The translations under genes were made by a program, and so were the position numbers. Positions 12,882 through 26,160 of a stretch of DNA of 64,000 nt are shown piece after piece. A model generated the notes under the pieces. That model did no database searches. It worked only from the letters and a program-made list of their open reading frames with translations, and was not told the origin of the DNA. The number at the start of each line of letters is the position of its first letter. Position 1 is the stretch's first letter. Source of the DNA: Sarea resinae (taxonomy: Eukaryota); NCBI GenBank assembly GCA_026026165.1, contig JAPEUD010000013.1, forward strand, positions 1 to 64,000, given 5' to 3'.

Positions 12882-15800
12882 TCAGATCCAATTTGGATCG
12901 GCGTTTTGATCAGCATCCCCAACATCCGTACTGCTTCTGCGCATTCTGCCTCCAAGGCTCGGCCTTGACTTCTTCACCTTGGAAACCATTCCGTCCACCG
13001 GATGAGAGCCCTTCCTCTTTCCCCCTCGAGAGCCACCGCTGGGAGGTACCGATGCGGCCTCGTCTTCGTCTTCACTCGGTGTCTCCAGACGGGCTGCTTC
13101 ATCCACTCCATTCTCTCCATCTGCTGCAAGCTTGAAGTCATTGTCCACAGAGAGAAGCTCAACGAACTTCTGGCATTGGGCCATCATCGTCTCAGGACTA
13201 GAAAGCCCTCTCATGATTATCAGCATCTCATCAATAAATCTGTCGCCATGGATGCCTGGGGCTTTCGTAGGAGATCTAGTGAGATCCTTTGCAGCCGCTT
13301 TACCCTTGACGTCGCGTTGCTTTTGGACGGCACTGAGACCGTAGAGTCGACGGAGGAAAGTCCTTGTCTCCCACAAGATCGATAGGATCATTGAAGCAGT
13401 TGCTAGCTGTCGAAGCCTATCTGCGCTTGGGGTTTGAGTTGTCCGTACCAGAGTAATGGACTCCTCTTGAGGCTCGATTTTAGCTGTCTCGTCTAGTTTG
13501 ACACTAAATACTTCGGTTTCGATTGCATGAGCGACCCCAGTGCCTGTCCCCGCCACGACGTTCTCCAGACATGAGACAAGATGGAGCAATTCGTCCAGTC
13601 GGCCATACTCGAAAAAGGCAAGATTGTCCGCCACGAATCTGACGTAGAGCAAGTGCTCGGGCAAAGGGTCGGTGACGTCTAGCTTGGCAAGATCAAAGTC
13701 GGCTCGAGCACAAAGACTCGAAAGGAACTTTTTGCGTAGTTTTCCATTGCCGGTCTTGATAACCTCAAAGAATGAGCGAAGCTTGGAGTGGAAGGGGTGG
13801 TGAGTTGTGCCCGATGAGTCGCCCACGACGTCTTTCTGATACATAAAGGCTTGGTAGACGGCCTTCATGTACTCTTTCTCCAACATACTCTCATGTTTGC
13901 CATGCAGCGCTCGGTGCTCTGCAACAGCAATATCCGCAATGCGGGCGTTGGTGGAGGTTTCGAGGGATACAAAAGTGGGGCCGCATTCTTTTGGATGTAC
14001 CAGCCCTTGACGATTGATGCTCGCGATAACTTCAACGGCAGTCAGAGCATAGTCGTCTTGCGTTGCCAACGCGATCCGAAGTATTGGCTTGACGTAGCGT
14101 TGAGCGATTGATGCAGATATTCCGTCGTTCTCATTCGCGATTAATGCTCCGCTTAACCTTCCAGCTTCTTCTTTGTTGATGTCATCAGCAGAGTCTTCGA
14201 GCCCCTTCTCCGAACGTTTTTCCTCAAGCGCAAAAAAGCCTGCGAAGCCCTTGAGCACGATATCTTCGAGATCTTGCTTGCCCTCCGCGAACACTTTATC
14301 AAAAGCAGAGTTGACTTGCTCTTTGAGGAAATTCTTGGGCCAGAACTGGCAGATGTTACACACACTGTCCAACGCCTGCTTCCTGACTTCCAACGGATGA
14401 GCCGAGGCCGTAAAAAGTGATAGGATATCAACCATGAGTCCAGAGACGGAGTTGCCCTTCCACCAAGGAAAACTTTCCTTGAATAACCTTGGTTCGTGCT
14501 CAAAATCACAATATTTCCCAAACATGCCGGTAATCATCATGTAGCGTTTCACTCTCAGAGCAGTCTTAGCTTGAGAGTCGTCCGCAAGGTTGATATTTCG
14601 AGCACTGTAGACTTGCTGTAAGGAGGAAATAGTCAACCGAATTAGTCGGTCGATATTTCCAAGGACGCCATTGATTGTCCATAGACATGGGACAGCCTCA
14701 TTGAGCTCCGGCTTTCCTAATTTTGAGACACTCCTCATCAATGCATCCTGCACCATCTTGCAAAATCCAGCTTGAAGGCGGGGGAGGCACGGGAAAACAA
14801 ATCGAAAGATTATTATAACGGATCTGTAGATCAGGAGATCATCGAACTTTGACAGATTCTCCACATACGGCTGTAACAGCTCCAGTTGCGTCGTGGTGAA
14901 AAGCTTAGGATTAGCTTTTGCGAAAACGGTGAGTGTTTGTAAGACGTGCTGTTGCTTCGGCTTTTCGGGCGCATCTTCGTTGTCGACTATGCTGTCAAAC
15001 ATGCCAGCCACCATTGCCTGGCATACTTCGAAATTTGCTGCAGCATTCTTGGAAGCTTGCGACATGATATTCTTCAAAAGAGACTCGAGGACTGCAAGGA
15101 CGTTCCCGCCACGCTGGGCAGTCTTCACAATGAGCGAAGTCTGATCGTTCAAAGAGATTTTGAAAGATACAGAGCCGTGGTCTTGCACTGCAGAGTGATA
15201 AAATGGCGAAATCCAGATCTCTTCGAACATCTGCCTGGCAAGATCGCAAATACTGTCTTCTGTGTCATTGATTCGCTGGAATAACGAATCTGCGATTGCG
15301 CTTCTAACTTCCTTCGTTGTGTTGCGTAGATAGATGTCTTTGAGTAATTTCATAGCCCGTTTCCGGACACCAACCGCCAGGTCTGCTGTTCGATGTAGAA
15401 TAGTTCCAAGTGCCTCGTATTCAAGCGCCGGTTTGAGGTTCAAGCATTTGCTAATCAGGCTCAAAGCCGAATCACGTACCAACGGAGATCTATCCGACGC
15501 ACATGCTAAGATCTGCCGCATTACGTATGCTCCTCTCTCGAGAACTGTCGGGTCTTTGTCCAGGAGCTGCACCACACTTTTCAGGCTTCTGCTGCGAACG
15601 GTAGCTTGATCGCTGGTCATTGACTTGAGAAGAATGCTCAAGACGCGGTCGAAGGATTTGCAGAATACAGAGTTCAACACCGTAATGGCGTAGGCAAGGC
15701 GTCCTTGAGTGGTAGACAAGGTTTGATAGGCGCTGATAAATGTCAAAAAGAGTTTTCCAAACACAAAAGGTAAGCTTACTATTCCGTCTCAAGCCAATTA

Positions 15801-18595
15801 TGATCCTCGGCCATCTTTCTGATTCTGTATGACAGACGACCGTAATCGATATCGTTGCTTTCATCATCTTCCATAGCCTCAAAGCTACACCAAACGCCTC
15901 TGGCCCATTGCGTGATACAGTACCCACAGGCACTCTGAAGGACCGCATCCCCGATGTTGCGGCCGTCCAGATACTGCACAGAGATGCGGTAGACGCCTTC
16001 CCACAGTAAAAGCTCATCACCAGAAATTTTGCCGCTGAGAGAGTCTTCGGCTAGCTGAACAAGATATCCGCTGAGCTCAGACTCGTCATTTTCAAGGTTT
16101 CGGGCCAACTGACGGACGAACAGCATCACGTCCGAGATGGTCGAGCCCATCAAGCCCATCAGATCCAGTGCCATGTTCTTAGCGGGTGCAGTGCTCTTGT
16201 CGCTCTCTGCAATATTGATGGTCGTGATCAAGAGGATGCGTAAAAGCAGTTCTGCCGCTGGCCAGTCTGCCGAGTCAATGACCGTAACGAAGTCTTCGGT
16301 AAAGATGTCCAGCAGATGCCGATACGGCTGATCGCCTGTCTTTGTAGACGTTTGTGCTCTTTGGACGAGATACTTGATCACATATGAAGCAATGCTATGG
16401 GCGTTTTCATAAAGTGGGCGAACGAGATCGGTCAAATCTCGAATTGCAACTTGCGGATTCTGCGCAGCCGTCGTTTCATTGTCATTGGCCGGAGGTCCTG
16501 GCTTGTGTGACACATCCCTAACATAGTCCTCTTCCTCTTCTGACAAATCTGCAGGGTCCTGTTCTTCTCCGTTTGCCAATTCTGCAGCAGCCCGCTTTTT
16601 CTGGGACTTTGCGTCTGGAAAGATTGTCCCACACGACTGAATCAACAGCATGATCAAGGCCGACACAAGTTGAATGTTCTTTCCTTCGACGAGTTTGTAA
16701 TGTCTTGCGTTTTGTCTGGTGACGGGTAGCTTTTCCAGAGAGGTGAGGATTTCATCAATGATGAAAGTTCTTTGGTCGGGATATCTCGCAAATATCTTCC
16801 CCAAGACATCCATACCAGTGCGTCGTAGAGTTTCATATTTCTGGATTCCCAGCACTGATTCCTTTTCGCTGGGAGCATTTTCAACGAAGATTAGCGTTGA
16901 AGCCAGGAACTCCACAGTTGTGACAGCCCCTTCGGAGACTTCTACCTTGATTAGAAGGTCTGCAAGCAGTCTGAGAACCTTGCCACAATGATGAAGTAGT
17001 GTGGATATGGCCTTTCTTTGGGCAGACAGCTTTTTAAACATGTCCCCATTCGGTCCCGAGTTTCGAAGTTCCACTATTGGGATCAGGCAAGTATCAAAAA
17101 CCGTCTTCAGCATGTTTAAGATGTTCTGCAGCTGCTCTTCCGAGTACAACTGCTTCTCTTCGCGGCCTCCAGTCATAATCCTAAGAACAGTCCTGGCGGC
17201 CTTGAGCGCATTCTCGGCCAAGCCAACTCTCTGTAGCCAACTGTCCACGTCATCGTCGCTCTGAATCTCCGCGACCCTTAGATCTGTAGACTCTATCAAT
17301 GCCAGCGCTCCCTCGGACAGTTTCTGTAGTCGGTTCAGCTGGTCCACGGGAATATGAGCAAAAACTCCCATTGAAATGACTTTCTGGATCGAGGCTTCAA
17401 GCTTCGTTTGAATAGAAGACGCGAGAGTCGGGATATTGCCGTCACTGAAACCGGCCGACATGAAATAATTAGATGCATCCACTGATACGGCCCCTGATGT
17501 ATCCGGCTGTAGTTGATCCTCTGCTTCAAAGATATTGGAGACCAGGTCTTGCAGATCCCGCAAAGAAATCTCAGACTTTTCCTTCTGATCAGCTCTGCGC
17601 GAAATTTGATTGTCATCTCTCTCCATCTCTTCACGCTTCCGCTTCCTAGCCAAGGTTTTGCTCAGCTCGCTCTCGTTGATTCTCAGGTCCTCGTCAGGGA
17701 ATCTTTCATATTCCCGACTACGTTCCGCTGAAATGGGCGGGACTATGACCGTAGGGACCGGTTTACCGCTGGCCTTTATGACACTGTCCTTTTGATGAAC
17801 ATGTTTTGAATCTGCAGCATGAGCCTGCTTGGTTGAGGCGGGAGGCTTGAATTCGGGTGTCGAAGAAGCCGGAGGATCTCGATAGACTTTGCTATTAGCT
17901 TGAGGCTGAGCTGATCGGAGATCGGTCGAAACCTGCGTCGGACCTTGAGGCATGTTAGCATCCAAAGACCGTTGGTTCTCTCAGGCAAGCATACGAGTAT
18001 ATCTGACATCGCTAGACCGAAGGACCATGTCTGCAAAGCTGCCTGTTTGTTGCGGTGTAGAATGTGCATTTGATGTGCCATTGGTTTTCAAAGGCTGCTG
18101 CCGCTTATCGGTGACGCCTGGTATCGACTTGAATTTGCTAAGAGACGAATAAGCCACATATGATGCAGAGCCCAAAAATCACTTACAATTCCGTCAACGC
18201 TTCTGACCTCAATAGGCTGCTCACGTTGCTCACAGCTGTCGCAACTAGCTCAGACTTCCCGCTGGTCCTGCGAGCCTCCGCCTTGAGGTCATCGATTGCT
18301 CCTCTGGAAGCGGCACGCTCGCCCAGATTAGAGACCAGCGAAGTCGAGCCTGATATGACTGGTGTCGGCAACGGAATGGTTTCTATCAAGTACAGTCAGT
18401 ATTGGCCCTAATACTCACAGAAGCTCTCCGTGCGGGCATTCTACCTGGGCTGAACGGGGCTATCGAAGATAGAGGAGAGTATTGCAAAGCCTCCTCTACC
18501 ATAAGGGGTCGAAGGCGACCGGTCCGTTGCTGCAAGTCCATCTCGAACCAGCTGATCGTGTTCCTATGACAATCTTTTGCGAGCGAAAGGTTCAT
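12882..18595 (-). CDS. SCC2: Cohesin loader Scc2/Mis4/NIPBL (HEAT repeats), multi-exon
   Basis: Two long ORFs (728 and 960 aa) join through a GTAAGC...CAG intron near 15732-15778. Motifs include NIQLVSALIM, DWPAAELLL, DRSPLVRDSAL, GVRKRAMKLL and QGLVHPKEC, plus an N-terminal exon EEALQYSPLSSIAPFSP. The exact start (18595 or 18541) is uncertain. Confidence 0.93.
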
Positions 18596-19070
18596 CGATC
18601 ATTCCTAAGACAGCATGGCTGTTTATTCCGTAGGATATTCACCGAGGAAAAGGCCAAACAGATATCAATCTGACACTTCAGCGCCATCCCGCAGATCCTC
18701 TCGTCCGAATTGTAATGACAGACAGCATCAAATGCTTGCCCGCAGAGTTGAAGGCTCCTGCACGTTATCATTCACGGGCTGCTAGAGGGCTACCTTTCGT
18801 CTCGCGCGTTGAAGGTGATCGATATTGTGAGTGTACCTCTAGCAGAGTATCTCCACCGCCAAAGAGGCACGAGAAATACGCGCACCGTAGTACCCAAGAA
18901 CTAGAGTACAGGGTAGCGCGCGAGGGCGGAGTTAGCCGGCAGATCTGTCTCCTTCCGATGTTTCGCTCCACCATTTTCCCTCGTTTTTGCGATTCAAAGT
19001 CTTGTTCAAGTGGACTCTTGTTCAACAGCCATTGAGGCAACACTTCTGGTGCTCGCTGCTTAGACTTGTC

Positions 19071-19538
19071 ATGGCTGCCATTGGCTCTCTTGTCTTCTGT
19101 ACCGACTGTGGAAATCTTCTGAACGGCTCTTCTGGAGATGAGAAAGCCATCCTTACTTGCGAACTCTGCGGCTCACAGTGTAGAGGTAAGAAATGCACTC
19201 TACATCATGTGAAACACCTAACAATCCTTAGACACATCTGCCAAGACGGTGACAACCAAGTCCAAACCCTCTGCCTTTCCCTCGTCCCTACGATCAAAAC
19301 GCTCAGACGTCCAGACCGTCTCAGCGGGCGACATGCAAACCGAAGCTACCATTAAGCAGACCTGTACCGAATGCGGACGGGAAGAAATGCGATATTATAC
19401 ATTGCAACTCAGAAGTGCCGATGAAGGCAGTACGGTCTTCTATACTTGCGAGTGTGGCCACAAGTACGCTTCTCTGGCTCTCCTGAGAACCGTCCACGCT
19501 AATACGATGGTCACTACAGATATAGCGAGAATAATTGA
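19071..19538 (+). CDS. RPA12: RNA polymerase I subunit RPA12 (two zinc ribbons), 3 exons
   Basis: MAAIGSLVFCTDCGNLL...CELCG and the TFIIS-like CTECGREEMRYYTLQLRSADEGSTVFYTCECGHK|YSENN*. Confidence 0.95.
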
Positions 19539-19680
19539 GCGGAGTTGTATCATTGTCCATCTATATAAACCTTTTCCCATCCTTGAACGCCCCACGACCA
19601 AACTCCTAATGACGAAGTGGCATTTACCCCAAGTGTCTCTATATGGCCAACTCCATGATGATACACAACAATGGCGGGCT

Positions 19681-20765
19681 TTACGCAACAGGAGCTGCCT
19701 GGACCGCAGGTGCCTCCCGATCAGGAATAATAGCATACTCCATCTCGCCATTCTTCTCAAACTCAGCCATGTCCAGCGCCACGATCACGCTCTCTCGGAC
19801 AACTTGCTCCGGGTCGTCCAGGTACTGCTTCAGGATATCTTCAACACCCTCCTCATCGCCAAGACTGCCTAAAGCCTCGGCCGCCTCGTGGCGCACCATT
19901 CCGGCCTCTTGCCTGTTGCTCAAAGCCGCCACAAGGCTCGGAATCGAGGCCGGGTGGGAAAGTTGGCCAAAGACAAAGGCGATCTCGTGACGGAAAAGAG
20001 CCGAAGGGTCTCTCAAACCCAGCGCCAGTGCTTTGATTGCTGGTACGGCGGTGGGGAGATCAGGCGGGGACGAAAGATCTCGGAGAGCGAACATGGCGCG
20101 GTAGCGGATGAAGAGCGGCAATTTTGTATCAAGTAGCGTAGCCTGGAGCTCCGCGATCGAGGGCTCCCGTTCTTCCTGTGCTAGCGGAGGCGCAGGGTCA
20201 ATAGACGCGAAATGACTGCAATGAAGATTAATATATATCCCGAAGCATTTCAGAGGGATACTCACCTCTGCCGTAATTTCTCCGCCTTTCCCTTTCCGCT
20301 CTCCCACTCAATCCTCGCAACGGCAATCTCGCAAGTCTCCCTTATAACGTCCAACTCCCCGCCATCATCCCTCATGCCCCTTAACAAGCCCAAACTGCCC
20401 ACATCGCCCAAGGCGCCCAGCGCCTCTGCGGCCTCGTGCCGACACATGGGCGCCTCCTTCTTGTCCTCCAGCGCCTGCTGCAGAAACGGCACCGCGGCCT
20501 CGTTCCGCGTCTGGCCAAGGCAATACGCGAGCTCGTGCTTCAGCAGCTCAGAAGTCGAGCTGAACCCCGCAGCGATGGCGCGGATGGCCGGGACAGTCTG
20601 AGAGGTGGGCGGGTGGAGGCAGGCCAGATGTTTGAGGGAAAAGAGGGCGCGGTACCGACGGCCAAGAGCCGTGGTCTCGGCCGTGAGCGTCTCCCGCAGC
20701 GAGCGCACGGTCGAGTCTTCGGTAGCCATTGCGGCTGGACCGTTTGCTACTTCCTGGACCGTCAT
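19681..20765 (-). CDS. LIA1: Deoxyhypusine hydroxylase, 2 exons
   Basis: Four HE motifs (LLKHELAYCLGQ, MCRHEAAEALG, LFRHEIAFVFGQ, MVRHEAAEALG) and the FASIDPAPP linker. Confidence 0.95.
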
Positions 20766-21130
20766 CTTGCGATTGTGATCTGGTGTTTTTGGGAGGGTTC
20801 GGGTGGTGGAATGATGGTCTGTTTCGTAAAGGGCGCTGAGAAAAAGTTTGGCGGGGTCGATTTGCACAAGGTGGGTGGCAGGAAGAAGGTTGTTCCGTAC
20901 CTTGTCCGATTGGACGCTGTGCCCTGCGCTTGCTGTCGCCCTCTCCATCTTCGCTGAGTAGTAGAATCTGTTTTCATTTGTTGTTCACTACTCTTATATA
21001 TCCAGTAAACAACTGAAGTGACAGGCACGCCCTTGACATTTCCTGTGCTTCCACCCGGTGCCCACAATGAGCTTACCTACCATATGTCACCATGGCGATC
21101 TCGCTCGGTGCACCGCTTTATATGCTACAC

Positions 21131-21790
21131 CATCTTGCTTGATGGGCTGAAGGCTTGAACTTGCTCCTTTGGGTTCCTCACTAAGCAGCAGCGCCAGCCA
21201 ATGACATGGAGTACGTACGCTTGATCCGACAAAGCTGAAACATATTCAGTGTGTAATTATCGGTCAACTACTTCATGTGACTAAGGTAGGTGCGAGAATA
21301 GAAACATCTTGGTCATTGCACGGTGCATGTCACACATATATAGGGAAGCAGAAGATATTTCGTTTCAATGTAGTAGCTGTTTATTCGCGCTTTATTTCCT
21401 TATCCTCGTCGGTATCACGCTCGATCTTGACATACAGCGGGCCTTTCTGGGGCGGGTCTTGCTGGGGTTCCTGCTGGGGTGCCTGCTGGGGTGCTTGCTG
21501 GGGGCGGCGCCGGGGCTGGCGATTCCTTTGATTATGACTCTAGTTCTGTCTATCAGCATTCGATTTACTCAAGCCTTGTGTAGGTGTCAGAAACTCACCG
21601 ATGCGAAGAAACGTACATCTGCAGCGGGGACCATTGTAACGGCGTACTCTGTTGGACATCCTGCGGCCTTGTGGCCAGTCCGACCGCAACTCCAGCACTG
21701 GAGTTTCTTCTATAAACCATTGTTAGCAAATTTCATCAACGATAGCAATTAGTTCAAGATGTGTGCTGCAGGTGTCAGAAACTCGCCTTA
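21131..21790 (-). pseudogene. Degenerate copy of the CCHC zinc-knuckle / PQQA-repeat gene plus its 3' flank
   Basis: The 111-nt exon 21599-21709 encodes [37 protein letters not shown]. After a GTGAGT...GCTGAT..CAG intron, the next exon opens AAC TAG, versus AAC CAG in the 24.3 kb copy. The flank 21131-21343 duplicates 23489-23706. Confidence 0.7.
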
Positions 21791-22024
21791 GCAAAGTAAC
21801 ATTTGCTAGAACTAGTGCGACTAGATAAGTAGTCTAGCATTTGCTAGACCTGCGTTGACTGCAGCTACACAGCCAGCATCTGAGATATTCTAAATTCATT
21901 AGAAGAAGCCGCAGTAATCCTAGCAATACACTCTTCTATTAGAGCTTTTGCTAGCAAGTAGAGTATATAGCACAGGGGCTCAGATAGAAGCAGAAACAAT
22001 TTAAATCCAAGCTACCTCTCTATA

Positions 22025-22560
22025 CTATCTCCTTGTCATCGTCATTCTCTCTAAAACACAAAGGTTACAGGTGTGCTTGTTAGGGTGCTTGTCGGGGTAC
22101 TTGCGGGGTTGCTGGCCAGGGTGCTTGTTGGGGTGCTTGCTAGGGGTCTGGCTGGGGGCGACGCTGGGGCAGGCGATTCCGTTGATTATGACTCTAGTTC
22201 TGTCTATCAGCATTCGATCTACTTGAATCTCGTGCAGGTGTCAGAAAACTTACCGCCGAAAAAAATCGTATCTCTCTTGCCGGTATTAACGCTACGGCAT
22301 ACTCGGTACGACACTCGCCGGCCCGGTGGCCGTCCTCCCGCAGGTCCAGCATTGGATACTTTTCTATACAATTGTTAGCATTTTCATCAACGATTGGGAT
22401 TAGTTCAAGATGTGAGCTGCAAGTGTGAGAAGCTTACGTTCAAGTTCATTAACTGGTTCTTTAGAACTATTGCCACCGGAAATATGGTCCGGCAATCCGA
22501 TTGTCTATGGCCCTTCTAGCCGCTAACCCAGCATGTGGTATTCTTCTATAGCCATTGTTA
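22025..22560 (-). pseudogene. Degenerate copy with two tandem CCHC exon modules and an eroded PQQA exon
   Basis: Exon 22254-22363 is 110 nt and frameshifted (CWTCGRT.GHRAGEC). Exon 22438-22545 reads KNTTCWVSG*KGHRQSDC. Both are flanked by homologous introns. Confidence 0.7.
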
Positions 22561-23777
22561 GCATATCTGTGTCAACTGTCTGCAATATTTGAAGCCGAGC
22601 TTTCTAGTATTCTGGGGGACATCTCCTTTAAGATCTTGTCATATACCAGGCACCGTTCTGTGAGGCTCGAAAGCTCTCTAAACTCCACTCAGCCTGCCAG
22701 TAGTAATGTGCTAGTGACACAATAATGGATTAGCGTGAAGCCGCTCGCGATTTCGTCCTGCCTGAGGACCATTATAAAACTATTCCCAGACACCATGCCT
22801 TGATGTAGATGTCTTCGAGCTGCTCAGGAAAAGGCTCGCGCCGCCCGAACATCCCACCAAGTACGATGTGTTTTAAGTGACTTCAGAAGTTCATTATCTC
22901 CGGCCATATTGTGAGGAGCACTGCGCTATATAGTCGACAAATAATGTAGGCATAAACCGGACGAGCCGGGTTATAGTAGTCTTTTTAGATGGCGCACGTA
23001 GGAACAGATTTGCCGATTTACTAGACCCTTACACATATTCACCACCATCTTCACTACCATCTTCACCACCATCTTCACCACGCCTGTCATGACTGTACCG
23101 CTCGCTGAGAGCTGACTCATAGACTGAGCAATAAGTCTGACAGCCATCATCTCTATCAGCATCTGTTGCTCCATTTGCTTAATTAGCTTTGCCTTCCTAT
23201 TCACCGTAGTGCAAGATTGTAGGTAGGATTACTTTGCCTTCTTATGCTCAAGCGTCTGGTTGAAGACAGTAAGGTACTCTCTTCCATGACGTTTGGCATA
23301 ATATCACCGCCTCCATCAACGATTTTAGATCAAGAGTATTTCCTTGATGTGCCATGGAAGAGTAAACCCCCTCAGGGCGAGCTACTTTACCCTGCTCGCC
23401 GAAGATGTTGGATCAAAGAAGGCCGGCCTCGATATACGATAGTACAAGACTCCCTGGAAGAAAGAAATTGGGCGCGAAGTGACAGGCCCATCTTGCCTGA
23501 TCGGCTAAAAGCTTGAATTTGCTCCTTTGAGTCCCTCACTAAGCAGTAGCGCCAGTCAATGACATGCAGTACGTAAGGTACGCTTCATTCGATAAAGCTG
23601 AAACATATTCAGTGTGCAATTATCGGTCAACTACTTCATATGACTAAGGTTGGTGCGAGAATATAAATATTTTGGTCATTGCACGGTGCATGTCACGCAT
23701 GTATAGCATGATTCAGATCGAAGTAGGAGCAGTTTGCGATTTAAGCTACGAACTCAAGTATCTCCTCGTCATTCAAC

Positions 23778-24511
23778 TTATAACTGTACCATCTCCTCAT
23801 CCTCATCGAAGCACAACTCTTGCGGGGGTGCTTGCTGGGGTGCGGGTGGGGGTGCTTGCCGTGGTGCAGGTGGGGGTGCTTGCCGTGGTGCGGGTCTGAG
23901 TACTCGCGGCGTTGCGGGTCGGGGTGCTTGCCGGGGTGCTTGCTGGGGTGCTTGCTGGGGTGCTTGCTGGGGTGCTCGCTGGGGTGCTTGCTGGGGTGCT
24001 TGCTGGGGTGCTTGCTGGGGTGCTCGCTGGGGTGCTCGCTGGGGTGCTTGCTGGGGTGCTTGCTGGGGTGCTCGCTGGGGTGCTTGCTGGGGTGCTCGCT
24101 GGGGTGCTTGCTGGGGTGCTTGCTGGGGTGCTTGCTGGGGTGCTCGCTGGGGTGCTTGCTGGGGGTCTTGCTGGGGTGCTCGCTGGGGTGCTTGCTGGGG
24201 TGCTTGCGGGGCAGCTTGCTGGGGGTCTTGGGGTGCTTGCTGGGCAGCTTGCTGGGGGTCTTGGGGTGCTTGCTGGGCAGCTTGCTGGGGGTCTTGGGGT
24301 GCTCGCTGGGGGCGGCGCCGGGGCATCCGATTTCGTTGACTCTGGTTCTGTCTATCAGCATTCGATTTACTCAAGCCTTGTGTAGGTGTCAGAAACTCAC
24401 CGACAATACGAAACGTATGTCTGCGGCAGGGACCATAGTAACTGCGTACTCAGTACGACACAAGCCCGCCCGGTGTCCCATTCGCCCACATGTCCAACAC
24501 CGAAGGTTTCT
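23778..24511 (-). CDS. Apparently intact CCHC zinc-knuckle exon spliced to a Pro/Gln/Ala-repeat exon; 5' exon(s) uncertain (possibly within 24555-24986)
   Basis: Exon 24401-24511 encodes [38 protein letters not shown] phase-0 intron follows, then [26 protein letters not shown]...(PQQA)n...[13 protein letters not shown]. Confidence 0.55.
23820..24312. repeat. 12-bp minisatellite GGGGTGCT(T/C)GCT, roughly 40 units
   Basis: Direct reading. The unit has no stop codon in any frame, which explains the overlapping repeat ORFs in the track. Confidence 0.95.
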
Positions 24512-25133
24512 CTACAAAGAATTATTAGCATTTTCATCGACGAGTGGGATTAGCTCAAGGGTGTAGAGTATTAGTGTAGGTCTGCACGATCGAAAGCCTT
24601 TCGACTAAGAGCGAGATGATCGGCAAGGTTGGGGAGGAGTTTGCGAGGGAATTGGAGGTCAAAGACGTGAAAGAATGGTCACTAGACGACTGGACCACGT
24701 CTGAGACGGTCCAAGTGATCTGTTTCAATTCGATTGTCTTCTTTGGGTCAAGAATTCTGGGGGTTCCGAGAGGCAATGGGGAAGGGAAATGTTGTGTGGC
24801 CAGCCAGGCTGGATAGTCTAGTTGCCGGACCAGACCATTCGGTCGATCCAAGGCATTAGACATTCGCATAGCCATGAATGCTGGTTCACCAGGAGTAAAA
24901 GGCATGGGGGAAAGAAGGGCTATGAGGGAAGAAGGACTATGAGAGAAGAAGGGCTCTGAGGGAAAAAAGAAAACGAATCGGAGCATACGTTGTTCTTCGG
25001 CATGGTCGCGGAAGAGGTGAATGTTGAGGAGAGAGACGAAAGAGATTCAGAATTGGGGGGAAGGCTCTTTTATATTACTACCTATTCTCGCTACAAGCTC
25101 CACCTCTCAGCCAGGACCTACCTCACACAACGG

Positions 25134-25530
25134 CAGAGCTGGCCTCACTTAAGGTTCCAGGTTAGTATCGCCTCCCGCATTTAATAGCGAGAATAGACTG
25201 GCACCCGGTGAGGTGAGCACATTGCAGCTTCCCAACTGGCATCCAGGGCATCATGCTAACATCACGACAGAGCTGACCTCACTTGGAACCACCTTCCATA
25301 CGTACGTTCATACTGAAAGCAGACTGGTACTCGTGAGGTGAGCACACTTCCAACTTCCCAAAAGACACCTATCATGCCATCCTCGTGGCAGAGCTGGCCT
25401 CACTTGATACCGCCTCCCACACGTTCATAGCAAGAGCAGACTGGTACCCGGTGAGGTGAGCACGTTTAGGTTCATGACTCACATCCATCATGAGATCGTC
25501 ATGACAGAGCAGAACCCTAAAGTACCTGAG
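25134..25530. repeat. Degenerate ~120-bp tandem repeat, 3-4 units
   Basis: GTGAGGTGAGCAC at 25208, 25333 and 25451. CAGAGCTG(G/A)CCTCACTT at 25134, 25268 and 25389. Confidence 0.8.
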
Positions 25531-26087
25531 GTATGGTGAGATATGGTAGGCGTGGTTGAAAGTTATCTCGTCGATGCAATTGAGATGTAAGGGCAACGAG
25601 TCATTCTCACTTGGTACTGCCTTCCACGCCCTACCTATGTTTGGGTACCGGCCTGTATTTTCGTAGTCAAGCATACTGTCAATAACACCTTGCCTTGACA
25701 GGATTCGCATCACAGTAATGGTATTTGTGGATCGTCAAGGGTTCAGTTCGGGAAGGATTGAATGTCGGGTCTCAGTAGGCGCCGCTGTTCACGCACATCA
25801 AAACAAAAATAACTCAACAACTCCTGCTAGGCTATTCAGAGTCTCTGTAAGAAGTTGATCGGGCTCGAGAGCAGGAAAACAGATACCGGAGTTGGAGACG
25901 ATATGTATACTCTCAATGAAAGCAATCGCAAAAAGTAGGCATTCAGTGGAACATTGAGCATCAGGTGTAGTAGACATACGAATAATGAAAGAGTAAAACG
26001 GTAAAATAATGAAAACAGGTAGAAAAGAATAAAAAGAATGGTCATACTGAGGATCGAACTCAGGATCTTTGCCTCACAGGAGCCGGC

Positions 26088-26160
26088 CGCCTTGCTGGGG
26101 TGCTTGCTTGCTGGGGTGCTTGCTGGGGTGCTTGCTGGGGTGCTTGCTTGCTGGGGCGGT
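26088..26160. repeat. Short orphan array of the same 12-bp GGGGTGCTTGCT minisatellite
   Basis: cttgctggggtgcttgcttgctggggtgcttgctggggtgcttgctggggtg. Confidence 0.8.

Noticed and set aside
23734..24566. Overlapping ORFs reading (WGAC)n, (SKHP)n, (CLLG)n and (VLAG)n
   Set aside because: These are by-products of a stop-free 12-bp repeat. Only the PQQA frame links to a splice acceptor and the zinc-knuckle exon.
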